DNA from: Asterias rubens
Taxonomy: Eukaryota
Direction of reading: 5' to 3'
Assembly (NCBI RefSeq): GCF_902459465.1
Contig: NC_047071.1
Location: 2,046,001-2,110,000 of the forward strand
DNA: 64,000 bases
The translations under genes and the position numbers were made by a program. Positions 29,860 to 43,100 of this stretch are shown here, piece by piece. How positions within the stretch are numbered: position 1 is the stretch's first letter; each line of letters begins with the position of its first letter. The notes under the pieces were generated by a model, which was not told where the DNA came from, did no database searches, and saw only the letters and a list, made by a program, of their open reading frames with translations.

Positions 29860-31355
29860 TTAAGCCAGGAACAGCTATTAAACTACGGATGTTGGAGTTC
29901 TTTGACCTGATAAATCTGCATCATTTGAGGCATTACTTTGTTCTTAAGTGCATAGAGTATATTGTGAAGTAAATCAGTATTTAAAAATCAAAATTTGGGG
30001 TAGGTGGGTGGGTTAAAACAATTTATAATTTTTTTTAACATTACCTATTATGAATGACCCCTAAGACCTTTCAATTGTCGACAACCAAAACAAATCAATC
30101 GTCTTTAAAATAATTGTGACCAAATTCAATATTTTCTGTAAAGATTCTTGAGCTTAAGTATCTCTTATGATTTGTTTCCAAATAATTCAACAGACTTTTG
30201 AGTTTCTGTGTAATAATTCTACAAACTATGGTATATCATTTTGAGTTATTGTATAGTAATTCTACAAACTATGGAATATCTGTTTTTGATTTGTGGCTTT
30301 CCATAGTTTTCAAACTTCGGTTGGCAAAAACTCGGGCTGTTACGTTTCAATATAAAGGTCATAGCCATAAATTATGAAGGAAACAGACTGTTGCTCACGT
30401 CAAAAACCTAATTTTATGAATTTTGGTTGGTCAAGGAACTTTAAATTACCCTCGAGACTAGCAGAGTCTATTGAGCCTTTAATTAATGGATCACGCTCAA
30501 GTAGCTAACTAGAGTGTTGTGCATAATGGCAGCAGTACTATAAATATTCTCATTGCTTTAGTAGATCGTGCCAAAATAAGGGTTAACGAACCGCGGCGCA
30601 ATTCAATTACGCGCTCTAATAGTCATGCAACGATTGTGCACTTTGAATCAAGGCTATGAAATTAAACATTGATTCGCAATGCACAAGCGTTGCATGGGGT
30701 AGGAGCACATGTAATGGTTTTATTTGGCTTAAATATTGATTAAAAAAAAAAAAAAACTCACAACACTGTATTATATTAAAATTTTAATCCTTTTAATATA
30801 TCCTTCCAATTTGGACACCAAAACAAAAGAGAAACCTTAATCACAAAAAGAGAGCATCACATGGTTCATCAAAAGGAATTTAGTTTGAAATAAAAGAAAT
30901 CTGACTCTGATGGGAGAACAAATCTGTTTGTAAATTGAGACTAAAAAGTATACTTCTTCAGAAAATAATAACTATATTAGTAATTATTAAAATCTAAAGC
31001 AGAAGTTGTAATATAAAATGTGATTTGCTTTCAAGTAAGCTTACAAAGTTGAAAAATTTGAGATTTTTTTAAATTATATTGGATTACATTGTGATCTTAC
31101 TTTGTCTCATAAATTAGAAATAAAATTTACCTGGAATGGGAATTTTTGAGAATTTTGTTTGCATGAAGGCAAGTAATGAAAGAGTTAATTCGCAATGAGG
31201 GAATTTGTCTATTATACAATTTGCTTCAACCACAAGGAAAAGGGTAAGATTCGGGTAAAAAAAATAATAAAATAAAAAACAATTGACGAAATTCCTCTTG
31301 ATGAGTCACGATCTTACAGAGTACCTCTGCTGCCACAAGAGAGTTGCATAGATGG

Positions 31356-34300
31356 CTAATGTTTCTTGGCTTTTGACGCTGCCGCTGCATTCTCATACTT
31401 TGATTTGCTGCGATACCATAAGAGATAAGGGATGCCAATAGAGGGCAGTATCATCACGGCGAAGGCTCCCCAGTCAACCTGAATCAAAGCAGAATAGTTT
31501 ATAAATTACTAAGTGATTGGGGAGTCATTCAAAACTCTGAAAGGGATAAGAAATACTATACTATTATTATTTAAAAAAATAAATATCAGGTGTTTGGCAA
31601 GAAATGTGTGAAAGTATGCTTATTTCATGTTAATGTTTAATTGTTACATTTACGGCATTGAAATAAATTTAACTATACATTTTTTTTACAAGATGTAAAT
31701 ATGCGGCAAAATCTATTCTTGGAATGTTTAGTAATACAACAAAGCCCAGCAACTCAAGAGCACACAGTCAAAACACTGAGAACAGACCAATCAGTTCTTC
31801 TCATAGATGTTGCTTCTTCCCAGAAAACATTATAAATGCAAGAACTCCACAAAATACAACAATAGCCATTCATTAAAGTTCAGGCCTGTATGCTTCGTTT
31901 TTGAAGAGGCAAGGGCACCAAGGCATTTTCTCCTTGGTAAAGGGCACCCTATGAGGAAACTGTAAGTTTCTACTGGAGCATTTCAAGGCATGGAGGCAAT
32001 GACCAGGGGCAACAGAGGCAATCGCCTTCATTGTCTCTGCGAAGTATCAGGCCTGATTAAGTTTCCAAAGAAATAATAATAACTAATAATAAAACACATT
32101 TATAATACAGCACCAAATCCATTGTAAAAATGATCCACTAGGCACTTTGCAATAAAAAAAATATATCAAAAACAAACTCAATAAGTAAAATAAAGAAGGT
32201 CAAAAATAAGATCAAAAAATGTGATTACAAAAACAATGAAGGTACAAGTATACAGATATAAGAAATCAATCACAACAGTAGAAACCACATAAATTTAAAG
32301 ATCTTGAAAATTTACCCTAAGATCCAAAACAGAAAAATATTCAAAATGAAACCCGTATAAAAAGATGAAAGGATACAATGTTAGTGTCCAGTGCCTTTAT
32401 GTTTCAAATGAAATGTACATTTGATTTGATTTGAGCTTACTTGGATATTAGTTTTGGTTTTTCCCTTGCACTGATTCGTGTTAGCACTGTACATGTATAT
32501 TCAGAACTCTTCCGAGTTCTGTAAACAAAATCACAGGCAACTACTTGAGTTGGATTCAAACCCGAGACCCTTTGCAAGTCTAGAGCAGTGTCTCACCAAC
32601 TCGACTATCGAGATTGCCCAGTAGCTAGAGGCAGTTTGAATCCTTCGTTTTGGCAGCGGGAACCACAACATTTTAATGGATGTTAAATTTGCACCGAGGA
32701 TAAAGAACAGAACTCGGGAAAGTGCTAACACACATCGATGTAAGGGTAAAATTAATATTTGTTATCTCTGATGCAAATTTAACATCTATTTACTCAGATA
32801 GATAACAGTGAGAAAACATGGCACAATACAAATACAATAGAAGATAATAAGAAATTACAAGAACCAAATGAACAACTTTTTTGCAAAGTTAATCCTATGG
32901 CTTAATTCCACTGCGGCCCTAACGTTGCATAGACACATTTCATTTGATAACTTTGTAAATTTTTTCCCAGAATTATGCAGCGTCTGAGATGGGGTTAAAT
33001 GTGGAAACAAAATATTAATATTCATGAAGTAAGGGAAATCATTTCAAAGAAGAATGTTACTTACATAATGGGGTGAGAATTTTCTGTCAAAATCCTTGAA
33101 CGGTACGATTCCTTCTTCTCCAGGTGAACTAGTGTAACCAACCTGATATCAAACAAAGAATTATGACAATAAGTAGTTTGATAAATAAACATCGGTAACA
33201 TGTCACAAACACAGGCCTGTGTGCTTCATTTTTGAAAGGTCAAGGGCACCAAGGTATTTTTTCCTCGGTAAAGGGCACCCTATGAGGAAACTGACATTGC
33301 TAACTGGAGCATTTCAAGGGCACCAATGCAATGACCAGGGGGCATGGAGGCAATCCCTTGTGAAATATGAGGCCTGCCAACAACTTCTTTTCCCAGGCCT
33401 TGAACTTCGCTCATGAGGAGGCACCACAATTTTCCTCTGGCATGGGGCACTCTCTGAGGAAATTGTGAATTTTCATACATGTATGTGCATATGTTGTGGG
33501 TGCTGTGGGTTTATTTTGAGGTATGTTTCCCCGATAGTAGTAACATCCAAATTATCTGGTCCAGTGAAATACAAAAAAAATGTTGAGCCCTGCAGCATTA
33601 TGGATATTTCCCCATAAACACAAGCCCTTATATTACACGGGAGTATTCTACTCAAAAAGCACTCAATCAAAATGCCGTCTTACCATGGGTTCGGCATCTT
33701 CAGTTGGCAGGTATGCTACAGTGGCTGAGGAAAAGTTGAAGTATCCGGACTTGAGAGGTTGCAGTATAATGGTGTGCGTGACATTGGTTGCAGGTGCAAT
33801 CCTATCCCATTGGACTCGCACTTTTCCACTCACTACTCGGAAGTCGGAATCGTGGAAAGTCTCATCACTAAGGGCTACGTTGAGGGCAGCACTAGGAAGG
33901 AAAAATGGCAAAGTCAAAATCGACTGGACTTACAACCAAGTTTAAATTCATCAGAAGAACTATCAAAAATGCTGGCTTCATGTATGACTTCAAATAGACC
34001 GAACCAAATAGGGCATTGCAATTTAAATATTGGGGTCCTACTACTTGCCGTCAACTTCCAATCACCTCACTTGGCGCCGTCAACTCGCCGTCACCTCAAC
34101 CATACGAATTTAAAATCCACAAGAGGCATAGAACTGTAAAGTATTAGCTAAACGATAATTTTCATAAGTTTTAGGTTACATTTCGGTTATTTTACATTTT
34201 ACTTATTTTAATTGTGAATTTCTACTAGAGCATGTTAAGGGCACCAAGGCAATGACCATGGGGCATAGAGGCAATCCCCACTGTTGCCTCAATGAAGTAT

Positions 34301-34496
34301 CAGGTCCGAGGTACGCACAAAGACATTGTCATTACCTGCTTCCAACGTTGTAGATGTTGTAGCGTATGGTGAGGTCACGACCCTCTACCAGCCATTCATT
34401 CAGGATGTTCTTAGATGCCAGGAGCTTGGCACCAGCATCTTGTGAGCTGCCGATCCCCACACAGAGCAACAAACCAAGGACCAAGATTAACCTCAT
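31356..34496 (-). CDS. SSR2: Translocon-associated protein subunit beta (TRAP-beta), about 189 aa
   Basis: Exons 34496-34336, 33891-33684, 33142-33065, 31478-31356 (570 nt). [77 protein letters not shown] probable upstream exon ends ATG|GTAAAT at 35458-35456. Confidence 0.97.
31881..32055. mobile_element. CAGGCC-ended hAT-like MITE in SSR2 introns
   Basis: CAGGCCTG at both ends. Copies at 33212-33376 and partial near 34230-34310. Confidence 0.62.
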
Positions 34497-34806
34497 CTGT
34501 AGAAAAGTTCAACAAAAAACAATTATATTATATTACACTCACTTGCGAGGTTTTAGCCAGGATTTGTTATTTATAAGCAGGTAGTTACTAATTATTAGAC
34601 AATTTAGCGTGTCAAAATTTTCTTAAAAAACTGGGTGTTCAAACTGTTCACTAACATTAGAAGAAGAAAACAAACAAAGGGGAAAAAATAAAGATGTTTG
34701 GCTTTATTTACCTTTTTATATTAGATTACCTTCTATTCTACATAAAAAAGAACACCAACTTAATTTGTTGTTTTTGTTGGCCTTAAACAAAACAAAAACT
34801 AACCAC

Positions 34807-34970
34807 AGCCCGAAGTGAAACGGTCACACATTTCCCAAGTTGAGACTTTGTTGCCTGGCTACACAAAAGCGCTGCACGCGGTGCTTTGCTTTGCTTTGCT
34901 TATATGATATTTGGGATACATCGCTTCATAATCTCAACTTGGGAAATGTTTGACCATTTCACTCCGGGCT
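34807..34970. mobile_element. MITE with about 39-bp TIRs in SSR2 intron 1
   Basis: AGCCCGAAGTGAAACGGTCACACATTTCCCAAGTTGAGA versus inverted copy with 3 mismatches. Confidence 0.68.
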
Positions 34971-35455
34971 CTCTGCTGTGAGTGCTGGTAATATAATATT
35001 TAATTTAATAATAAGTTTTTGGTAATATATTTTTTATAATAATTTATTATTTAATAAGTTGTTGTCCTTTTTCTTTTCCTCAATAATGTCAATGGTGTTC
35101 TAAGTGTAATTTGAAAGGATTCATTAGACATTGAGGGCCAATGAGATAAATTGGAAGTGAGATCCGGCATTTTTGGGGGCCCATAATGATTTCAATTACC
35201 AATCAGTTCCTTTTTTGTGTAATGTCCGTAAACTGGGCACTATTTTGTCATTGGGATTCACTCGGTTTCAGCAGGGAGAGCAACAATTTAAACTCGTTTA
35301 ATTAAACAAAACAAAACATATGAAGATATTTCTAAATAGCCAGATTCCAGAACTATATTGACTTAATACAACCTATTCATTAGATAAACGATTAAAGATC
35401 TGCATTTAATAAAAAATAAAGAAATAATGTCCCGTAAGGTCGGACAGATATTTAC

Positions 35456-36000
35456 CATGTTGTGTTTTCAGACGAAAGAGAATTGCCTGGATGTCGGATT
35501 GTGATTGGTCAGTTTCTTGATTATGTCAAAGGTCACATCGTTGAATACACGCATTCACTCATCCCATTAGCGCTGTGTAAATTTCGAGCGGCTGTACACA
35601 GACGTATTGCGCGATACCAGTCTAAGGTTTCCCATTAATTTGTGCACGGCCAATCATTTAAAACTACTCTCTATGAAACAACAGTTAAAAGCAAACAAAT
35701 ATATTAATCCATTTAAATAAATATATTTTGATAATCTGTGTATTATTTTATTTATTTATTGGAAGTAATTATTATTTTTTATTTTAAAGATAAACACTCA
35801 AATTTAATGATTTCGAACAAGACTGTTACTGGGCAAAATGTTTACCATATCATTCAATCCACTTTGTGGCTATGGAATAACAGGTGCATGTAAATTGACT
35901 TTACGTTGTTGATCATTAAGAAATCCATTAAAAATTGAACCATGATTGATTATGCTGCAGAGATAAAACGTCATATAATTGGTAAGAATAATAATGATGT
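35456..36000. promoter_or_regulatory. Probable bidirectional promoter between SSR2 and the TTC24-like gene
   Basis: SSR2 first exon donor at 35455 (minus), CCAAT box (GATTGG about 35502), CpG-containing patch, candidate plus-strand donor GTAAGA near 35982. TSS positions are not determinable from sequence. Confidence 0.45.
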
Positions 36001-37118
36001 GCTGCTCTACGGTCTAGTGATTTTCCGCTGTAGTGTGAGTGATGAAAAAGAAACCACAAAACAAATTGTTGATATGTTTATCGTGATGAATTGAAATAAG
36101 TTAGTAACTCAACTAGTCTTCTAAGTTCTAGTGTCATGCATGGTTCGGCTGTCATACTTGGATTTCTGTGTCACTGCATCGGGTAATAAGCATGCATCGT
36201 CACTCAGTTACCACTGAGTGATTTATCATGTTCTGTTTGCTCTTTCAATCTACGGAACTTGAGTAATCGTTGGTTGGGTATGTTTTGGGGGCATGGTTTA
36301 ATAACATTTTTGTGTGTACGTGTGACATTTGTTGGTACATATGGGCAGTGGGAGAGGGGTGCTACATTCATAATCACCGAGTGATAATGATAATTGATAT
36401 CTTTATTTGTGGATTAATTGAAGATTAACTTAAGATCAGACTCTGAGATAGACTTAATCAACAAAGGTTCTGTGAACAACATGCATATTTTTAGAATAAC
36501 ACTGGACATGCTGGGAGTCGCGACTTGGCCACATAATTAAAAGTTTGGCAAATTTATGGGGCTAGCTCAGCTGAGACTGATCTTGAGTGTTGTACCATTG
36601 GACGAACTCAATCTAAAAAAGACTGACATGGATAAATTATGAAAACTAGGCTGATTTGTTTTCCTTGCACTTTGACAATTAATTACCTGGAAAAGCAAGA
36701 ATGCTGTCCCTTAATTGACTAATCTTTCCTTAAAAATAAACACTGTTTGCTCACATTGTCAAATGGTTAATGGTTCCACAACTACATTTGTATCATCTTC
36801 TGCAGTGCTGTTTTTCAAGTTTTTCCTTTGATGTGAAATAGCGGTGTTTAAATCAAAGGATATTTTTGTATAATACTCTCTTTGTCACCTGCAGAGAAAC
36901 TTGTGTTAGGATTATTGTAGACTTATTGTAGACTTAAGTTGTGAAATGTTTGTTGATTCTCACGTCATGGATGATTTTTTGTTTGGCCCAATTAATTTTG
37001 TATTTGTATCAAATAACCAACATCCTAGATGTTTACATGCTAACATTTAATTTTCTGTTTCTTTTGTAAACAGCAATCAAATTTGCCTCGTGACAGTTGC
37101 TTCTCGGAGAAACCAACC

Positions 37119-40100
37119 ATGCTGTCTTCACAGGAAATTGACGACGTCGAGGCCCTAATCAAAGAGGGTAGCAGCCAGATCTCCAAACAAAACATCAAAA
37201 AGGCAATCAAGAAGTATCAAGAAGCGTACGACATTGCTGAAAAGTCAGGAAAACCTGATGTTCTTGTATCCTGTGCTTGTAATCTGGGTGCAGCATTGAT
37301 ATCGCAGGGTGACTCCGACCAAGCTATCAAATGTTTAACAAGGGCTCTTAAGGATACGGAATCGGATAAAAATCAAACTGACAATCTCTTTGGAGATGTG
37401 CATTTCAATCTCGGACTCGCTTATTCGATGAAGGATGACCACAGCAGTGCAGTTAGACACTTCAAAATTGCCGCAGATGTGTTTCATGGCTGTTCTGATT
37501 TTAAGGGACTGGCTGACTCGTGGCAACAACTCGGAGAGCAGCATGTGAAGCTCGCTCAACCTCTGAAGGCTTCAGAGTGCTATAAGAAAGCTTCCGACGG
37601 CTATCTTGATGCCCACTATGTTTTCTTGGCGGCTAAGATGAGGGTACGTGAGGCGCTGAGTCTTTACAACGGAGGAAACATGGAGGAGAGTCTCAGTGTA
37701 CTTCTAAACTTTAGAAAGCTGTATTCACAGATTCCAGACAGGAATACTGAAACAGGTAAAATTAAAAATAAATTCTCATTCCTCCCCATCAGAGAGGAAT
37801 TAAAAACAATTTGACAAAGTCTATTAGCTTTAGGGCTGTCAGGTTGGCAAATGGTATCTTTGCTCGCCTTCCACATCTTCCTACATTTGTAGGACGCCGG
37901 TTCAACCCCCCCCCCCCCCCCCCCAGGGGCACTATTTTTTCTCTGGAATAATTCTCTGGGGTTTGCTTCCTTCATTTGAAAGACTGAAACTTCCTTCCTT
38001 ATCTTCTCTCCATTGGGTTTCTAGCTAGTACTGTAGGCCTATAGCAATTAATTTTGTTTTTTTGAGAGTCCTTGGCTACACAACCAGAATAAATAAATGA
38101 AATGAAATAAACATAAAGAAAATACAAGACAAGTCACTAAAAACGTAAAGAAAATAGAATTAGCTGTTGCAAACAACTTACCAACCAAATGTCGTCTTGT
38201 CTCCAAACAGCAGCATCACAGACGGAGACGATTCAAACGCAATGTACCCACTGAAGCTGAACCGTCGGCCCCTCAATCCACAGTAATTAACCTCTCATCA
38301 TGTACCCTTTCAGATGCAGAAAATGACCTTCTCTCCAAGGGACTTAACTTCTGCCCCACTCCTCCCACAGTTAATCAGGCTGAGCTTAGTCAGGACCTAA
38401 CTGACTACTACCGTAGAATTCGACTCCGTGAATTCTTCCTCGACTCACCACCCATAGACCCTGAGCCATTTTACTGTAAGAGTAAATGGGTACCACCTAA
38501 GAACCGTGTTCCTTCCCTTGAAACTTACGTGCAGGTTGTTAGCTCACAAATTAACTCGAATGATCTTTCTACCCACAGGACTCATGACAACCTCCCTAGA
38601 GAAGAGCGTGAGGCTCTTAAGACTCTACGAGCACGGAAAGATATCATCATCAAGCCAGCCGACAAGGGCTCTGCTGTTGTTGTCATGGGCCGCCAGCAAT
38701 ACATCGATGAAGCCATGAGACAACTGAACAACCAAACTAATTATAAACCACTTGACACTGATCCAACAGGCACCTTCTCAAAGGAGATTCAACTAACACT
38801 GGACGAAATGCATGACCGTGACAACCTCTCCAAGAAAGCTCACAAGTTTCTCTCCCCGGTCGACTGTAGAACAGCCAGGTTTTACCTCCTTCCAAAGATA
38901 CATAAACCAGACAACCCAGGAAGACCCATCATATCTGGCAATGGTTCCCCCACTGAGAACATTTCTCTTTTTGTTGACAGTTTTCTCAAGACGTTAATGC
39001 CGCAGATTCCATCATACATTCATGACACTCCAGATTTTCTCCGCAAAATCGCAGGTATTCAGAAGCAGGTCCCTAATACAGCCATCATCGGTACTTTTGA
39101 TGTAACCTCTCTATACACCAACATTCCCCAAGATGAAGGGATTGCTGCCTGCTCTTCAGCTCTGGCTAAGAGTGGTCACACATCACCGCCCATTTCAGAC
39201 ATTGTATCCCTCATGCAACATGTTCTAACAAAAAACAACTTTTCTTTCATGGGTAAGAATTTCCTACAGGTACAGGGTACTGCAATGGGCACACGTATGG
39301 CACCATCAATGGCGTGCCTTTTCATGAGCCATCTTGAACAGCGCATGTTGGCATCAGCCCCTTGCCGTCCCTGGGTCTGGTGGCGCTATATCGATGACAT
39401 CTTTTTCATCTGGACAAGCGATGAAGCAAGCCTCAAAGCTTTTATTAATCACATAAATTCCTTCCACAGGACCATCAAATTCACGAGCGAATACTCAACC
39501 AAGGATACACACTTTCTGGATGTCAAGGTTCTCAAGACGGTTGTAGGCTTAACCACAGATCTCTTCGTTAAACCCACAGATAAACACCAATACCTACATT
39601 CCACTAGCTGTCACCCCCGACACTGCAAAACCAGCATAGCCTACAGTCAGGCCCTCAGACTCCGTCGAATCTGTTCTAATGATTCTGATTTTATCCACCA
39701 CTCACAGGAACTTAAGAAACACCTTGTTTCCAGGGGTCATAGCTCTCTAGCAGTCCATCGAGCTATCCAGAAAGTCAAGGCTCGTTCTAGGGAGTCAGTA
39801 CTTTCCAAAGGACCAAAGAAACAACAGAGTCCTACGGGGAAAGTTCCTTTTGTTGTCACTTTCCACCCCTCACTTCCTCCCATTCGTAAAATAACCAGTT
39901 CTAACCATCATATTCTTCACACATCAGATCGACTTCAACGTGCTGTGCAGGAAGAACCCATAGTTGCCTACAGACGCCCACCAAGTCTCAGGGATCTCAT
40001 TGTCCGAGCAGAAGTCCCTCCCATTAATGATGATGTTAATCCCCCTCTACCACAGGGAACTTTTAGGTGTTCCAACATCTCCAAATGCATCGTCTGTAGA

Positions 40101-43100
40101 CAACACATCAGGGAATCGGACTCCTTCACCAGTAACACCGGCGGTACCACCCATAAGACAAGGGGTCATGTCACCTGCACCACCACTAATCTCATTTATC
40201 TCATATCTTGCAGAGTCTGTGGTGTTCAATATATAGGTGAAACAAGAACTACACTCAAGAGGCGTTTCTACGGCCACAGATCTACAGTCAAGACCCAAAA
40301 GCTAGATACACCTGTAGGTCATCACTTCAATCTTCCTAATCACTCCATTTCTGACATGATCTTACAGGGCATAGAGGCACTAGGCAACCACAGAGAGACT
40401 GTGCGTTTGAGTAGGGAGAAACTCTGGATTAGACGCCTCCAGACCATTCAACCCCATGGTCTGAACATCCAAGAAGGAAACGACTAATAAACCTTTTGTT
40501 TTGCCGTCTCCTTTTTTCCCCATAGCCTTTTAGCCTGAGCCTCATTCACTAATATAAATTACTTTTTACCCAACCTCACCACCCTCGATGTTGTCCTTTG
40601 TGTTTCCATATTCTTGCTTGTGGTCAAGCCAGCCCCTTCCCTTCACCCCCCCCCCTTTTTTGTCCCCCTATTCATTGTTTACCCCCTGCTTTTTTATGTA
40701 TGCTTTCTAACCCCATTCATGTATTTCCACTTCACTGCTTATGTTTCACTTAGTTACCTGTTCATGTTTGTTGTGTTGTCATTTAGCCTTCGAGAAAGAC
40801 TCTGCTAGGGTCGAAACGTCAGGCCATTAACTATTTTTTGCATAAAAACGTAAAGAATAAAATACAATATCACCACATTTTTATGACTTTACTCAGGAAA
40901 ATTAGTGAAACTACTTTATGATGTCGGGTCCCTACTGAACCAGCTTCGATCACCGGAGCATGCTGCCTCATGGTTAGAACAGGCCCTCGTCATCGTAAGG
41001 ACGCTACGAAGCAGTGGCAGTGGAAACGACAAAGTAGAAGCTAGGATTCTACTCACCCTAGGGGAAGTCTGCATTGCTCTGAGTGATTATACAAATGCTG
41101 TGACGATCAATAAAGAAGCCTCGGCCATTTTTGGTAACTATTTCTGACCGCTTTTGTCCCCTATAATGTTGAGCAACACCACATACTAATTAGAAGGAGG
41201 GTATAGGCCTACCTTTGGTAATTACTACAAAAATAAACAACTGTAGAAACTTACTTGGTGAGAGGCACTGCAGCTGTTGTTATTAATGTGTAACATTTTG
41301 ATGAACAATTCCCTAAAAAGGACGGTTTCAAAATCATTTCAAACACAGAACTGTTTCTGCATGAAGTGTTTCTCAGATTTTGTTTATTACAATTACGAAT
41401 TATTCTTCCTGCATGGACCTCACCAGAAAGCTAAAACCTATCCTGTATAGAGATTTGTTTGTACGATGTACTCAAAGAATCATACATCTCACGTATATTA
41501 TTCTTCCCCTACGCAGGGAGACTGGACAACAAGAAAGCTCGAGGGCAGTGTTTCTACCAGCTTGCCGAGGCATACAGGCATCTCGGGGATCATCACAATG
41601 CAGAGAAATACTATCACATTGCTTATCAGACATTGGAGGATGCAGGTATGTAGAGCAGGGTGCTCTTGAAAAAGTTGTTTATTACAAACCAACCTCACTC
41701 ACAGGGCTTTTTTTTAAGGCAGACCTCGATTTAGAACTTGAGGTCTCGAAATCAACCATCTAAACGCACACAACTTTGTGTGACAAGGGTGTTTTTTTCT
41801 TTCATTATTATCTCGCAACTTCGATGACCGATTGAGCTCAAATTTCACAGGTTAGTTATTTTATGCATATGTTGAGATACACCAACTGTGAAGGCTAGTC
41901 TTTGACAATTACCAATAGTGCCCACTGTCTTTGACTTGGGAAGCTTCCTACCATCATTATCTTTTAACTGTATAAGTTTAATGTACATTGGCAACCTGTG
42001 GACAATTCAGTTTTGTGCTACAAAAAGTACCCATACCCTTTATTGTGGTAAAAGTTTCCCATATTCAGTACGTTTTAAGTGAATAAACAACTCTTAATTC
42101 AGTCAACTGTGAATCATTTTTCCTGAAGGTCTACAGAGTTCCCTGTGGCAGGTGTTTGAAGGATTAGCGGATCTGAATTACCAACGTCGTCAGCTGGATA
42201 CGTCTATCTCGTACTACAAGGAGAGCTTGAGTCAACTCAAACAGAGGGGTGCACACCACACAGTGCACAAACAAATCGTCTCCAAGCTTGCCACTGCACT
42301 TGAGATACAACGAGCTGGCGTGGTCAAGGCAGTGTCGTACAAGAACCGTGAGCCTGTGTTAATTCACCAAAACCAGGTAGGCCCCTCAGACTCAATGAAA
42401 GCTTCTATCCTATTAAACTTTCTTAAAGTCACTGGACACTATTGGTAGTTGTCAAAGACCAGTCTTCTCACTTGGTGTATCCCAACATATGCATAAAACA
42501 ACAAACCTGTGCAAAGTGGACACATTTGGTAATTGTCAAAGACCAATATTCTCACTTGGTACCCTAAACATATACATACAAAAACATACCTGTGAAAATT
42601 TGGTCGTCAAATTTGCAAGAGAATAATGAAAGAGAACACCATTGTTGTATTTGTTTGAACCGTCTTACTTGCAAGTCTTTCTATCTATCAATTGTTAATG
42701 TGTTTTTCTTTTCTTTTTTGCAACCAGGATGAGCAACAAGAACAATCCATGTCCTTCCAGAGTGGTCTACCTGACATCTCACTAGTCCACTCCCCAACCT
42801 ACGCACCCCTGACCTCTACCAGACTGAGTCTGTATGCGGCAAACGTCGAGCAACAATTTAATCTAGATGTACCCGGAAAAAAGAAGAAGTGAGTGTGTAT
42901 TGTAAAAAGTATTTTTATAAAAAGTCACAAAATATAGTCAGTGATAGAATAGATATTATATTGAAAGGTTTGCGGTTAACACCATGTAATGATACTCTCT
43001 GAATGAGTTGGGGTGGTTCTGAAAAGAACTGTTGGTGTCAACTCGACGTTTTTATCAGTATGTTCTGATCGTCTTCTTGAGAAAGGATAGACATCGACAG

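Larger units (their letters stand above)
38153..40842 (+). mobile_element. Penelope-like retroelement (Neptune-type), 5'-truncated, 15-bp TSD
   Basis: TAAAAACGTAAAGAA at 38138-38152 and 40843-40857. Internal RT plus GIY-YIG ORF, T-rich 3' region, terminal hammerhead-like motif. Lies in the first coding intron of the TTC24-like gene. Confidence 0.93.

Noticed and set aside
35480-35530. ER stress element (ERSE) in the SSR2 promoter
   Set aside because: CCAAT is present but not followed by N9-CCACG.
41210-41935. Host exon captured inside a MITE
   Set aside because: Left and right MITE-like halves flank the 41517-41645 exon but differ greatly in divergence and lack a shared TSD. Two independent fragments are more parsimonious.
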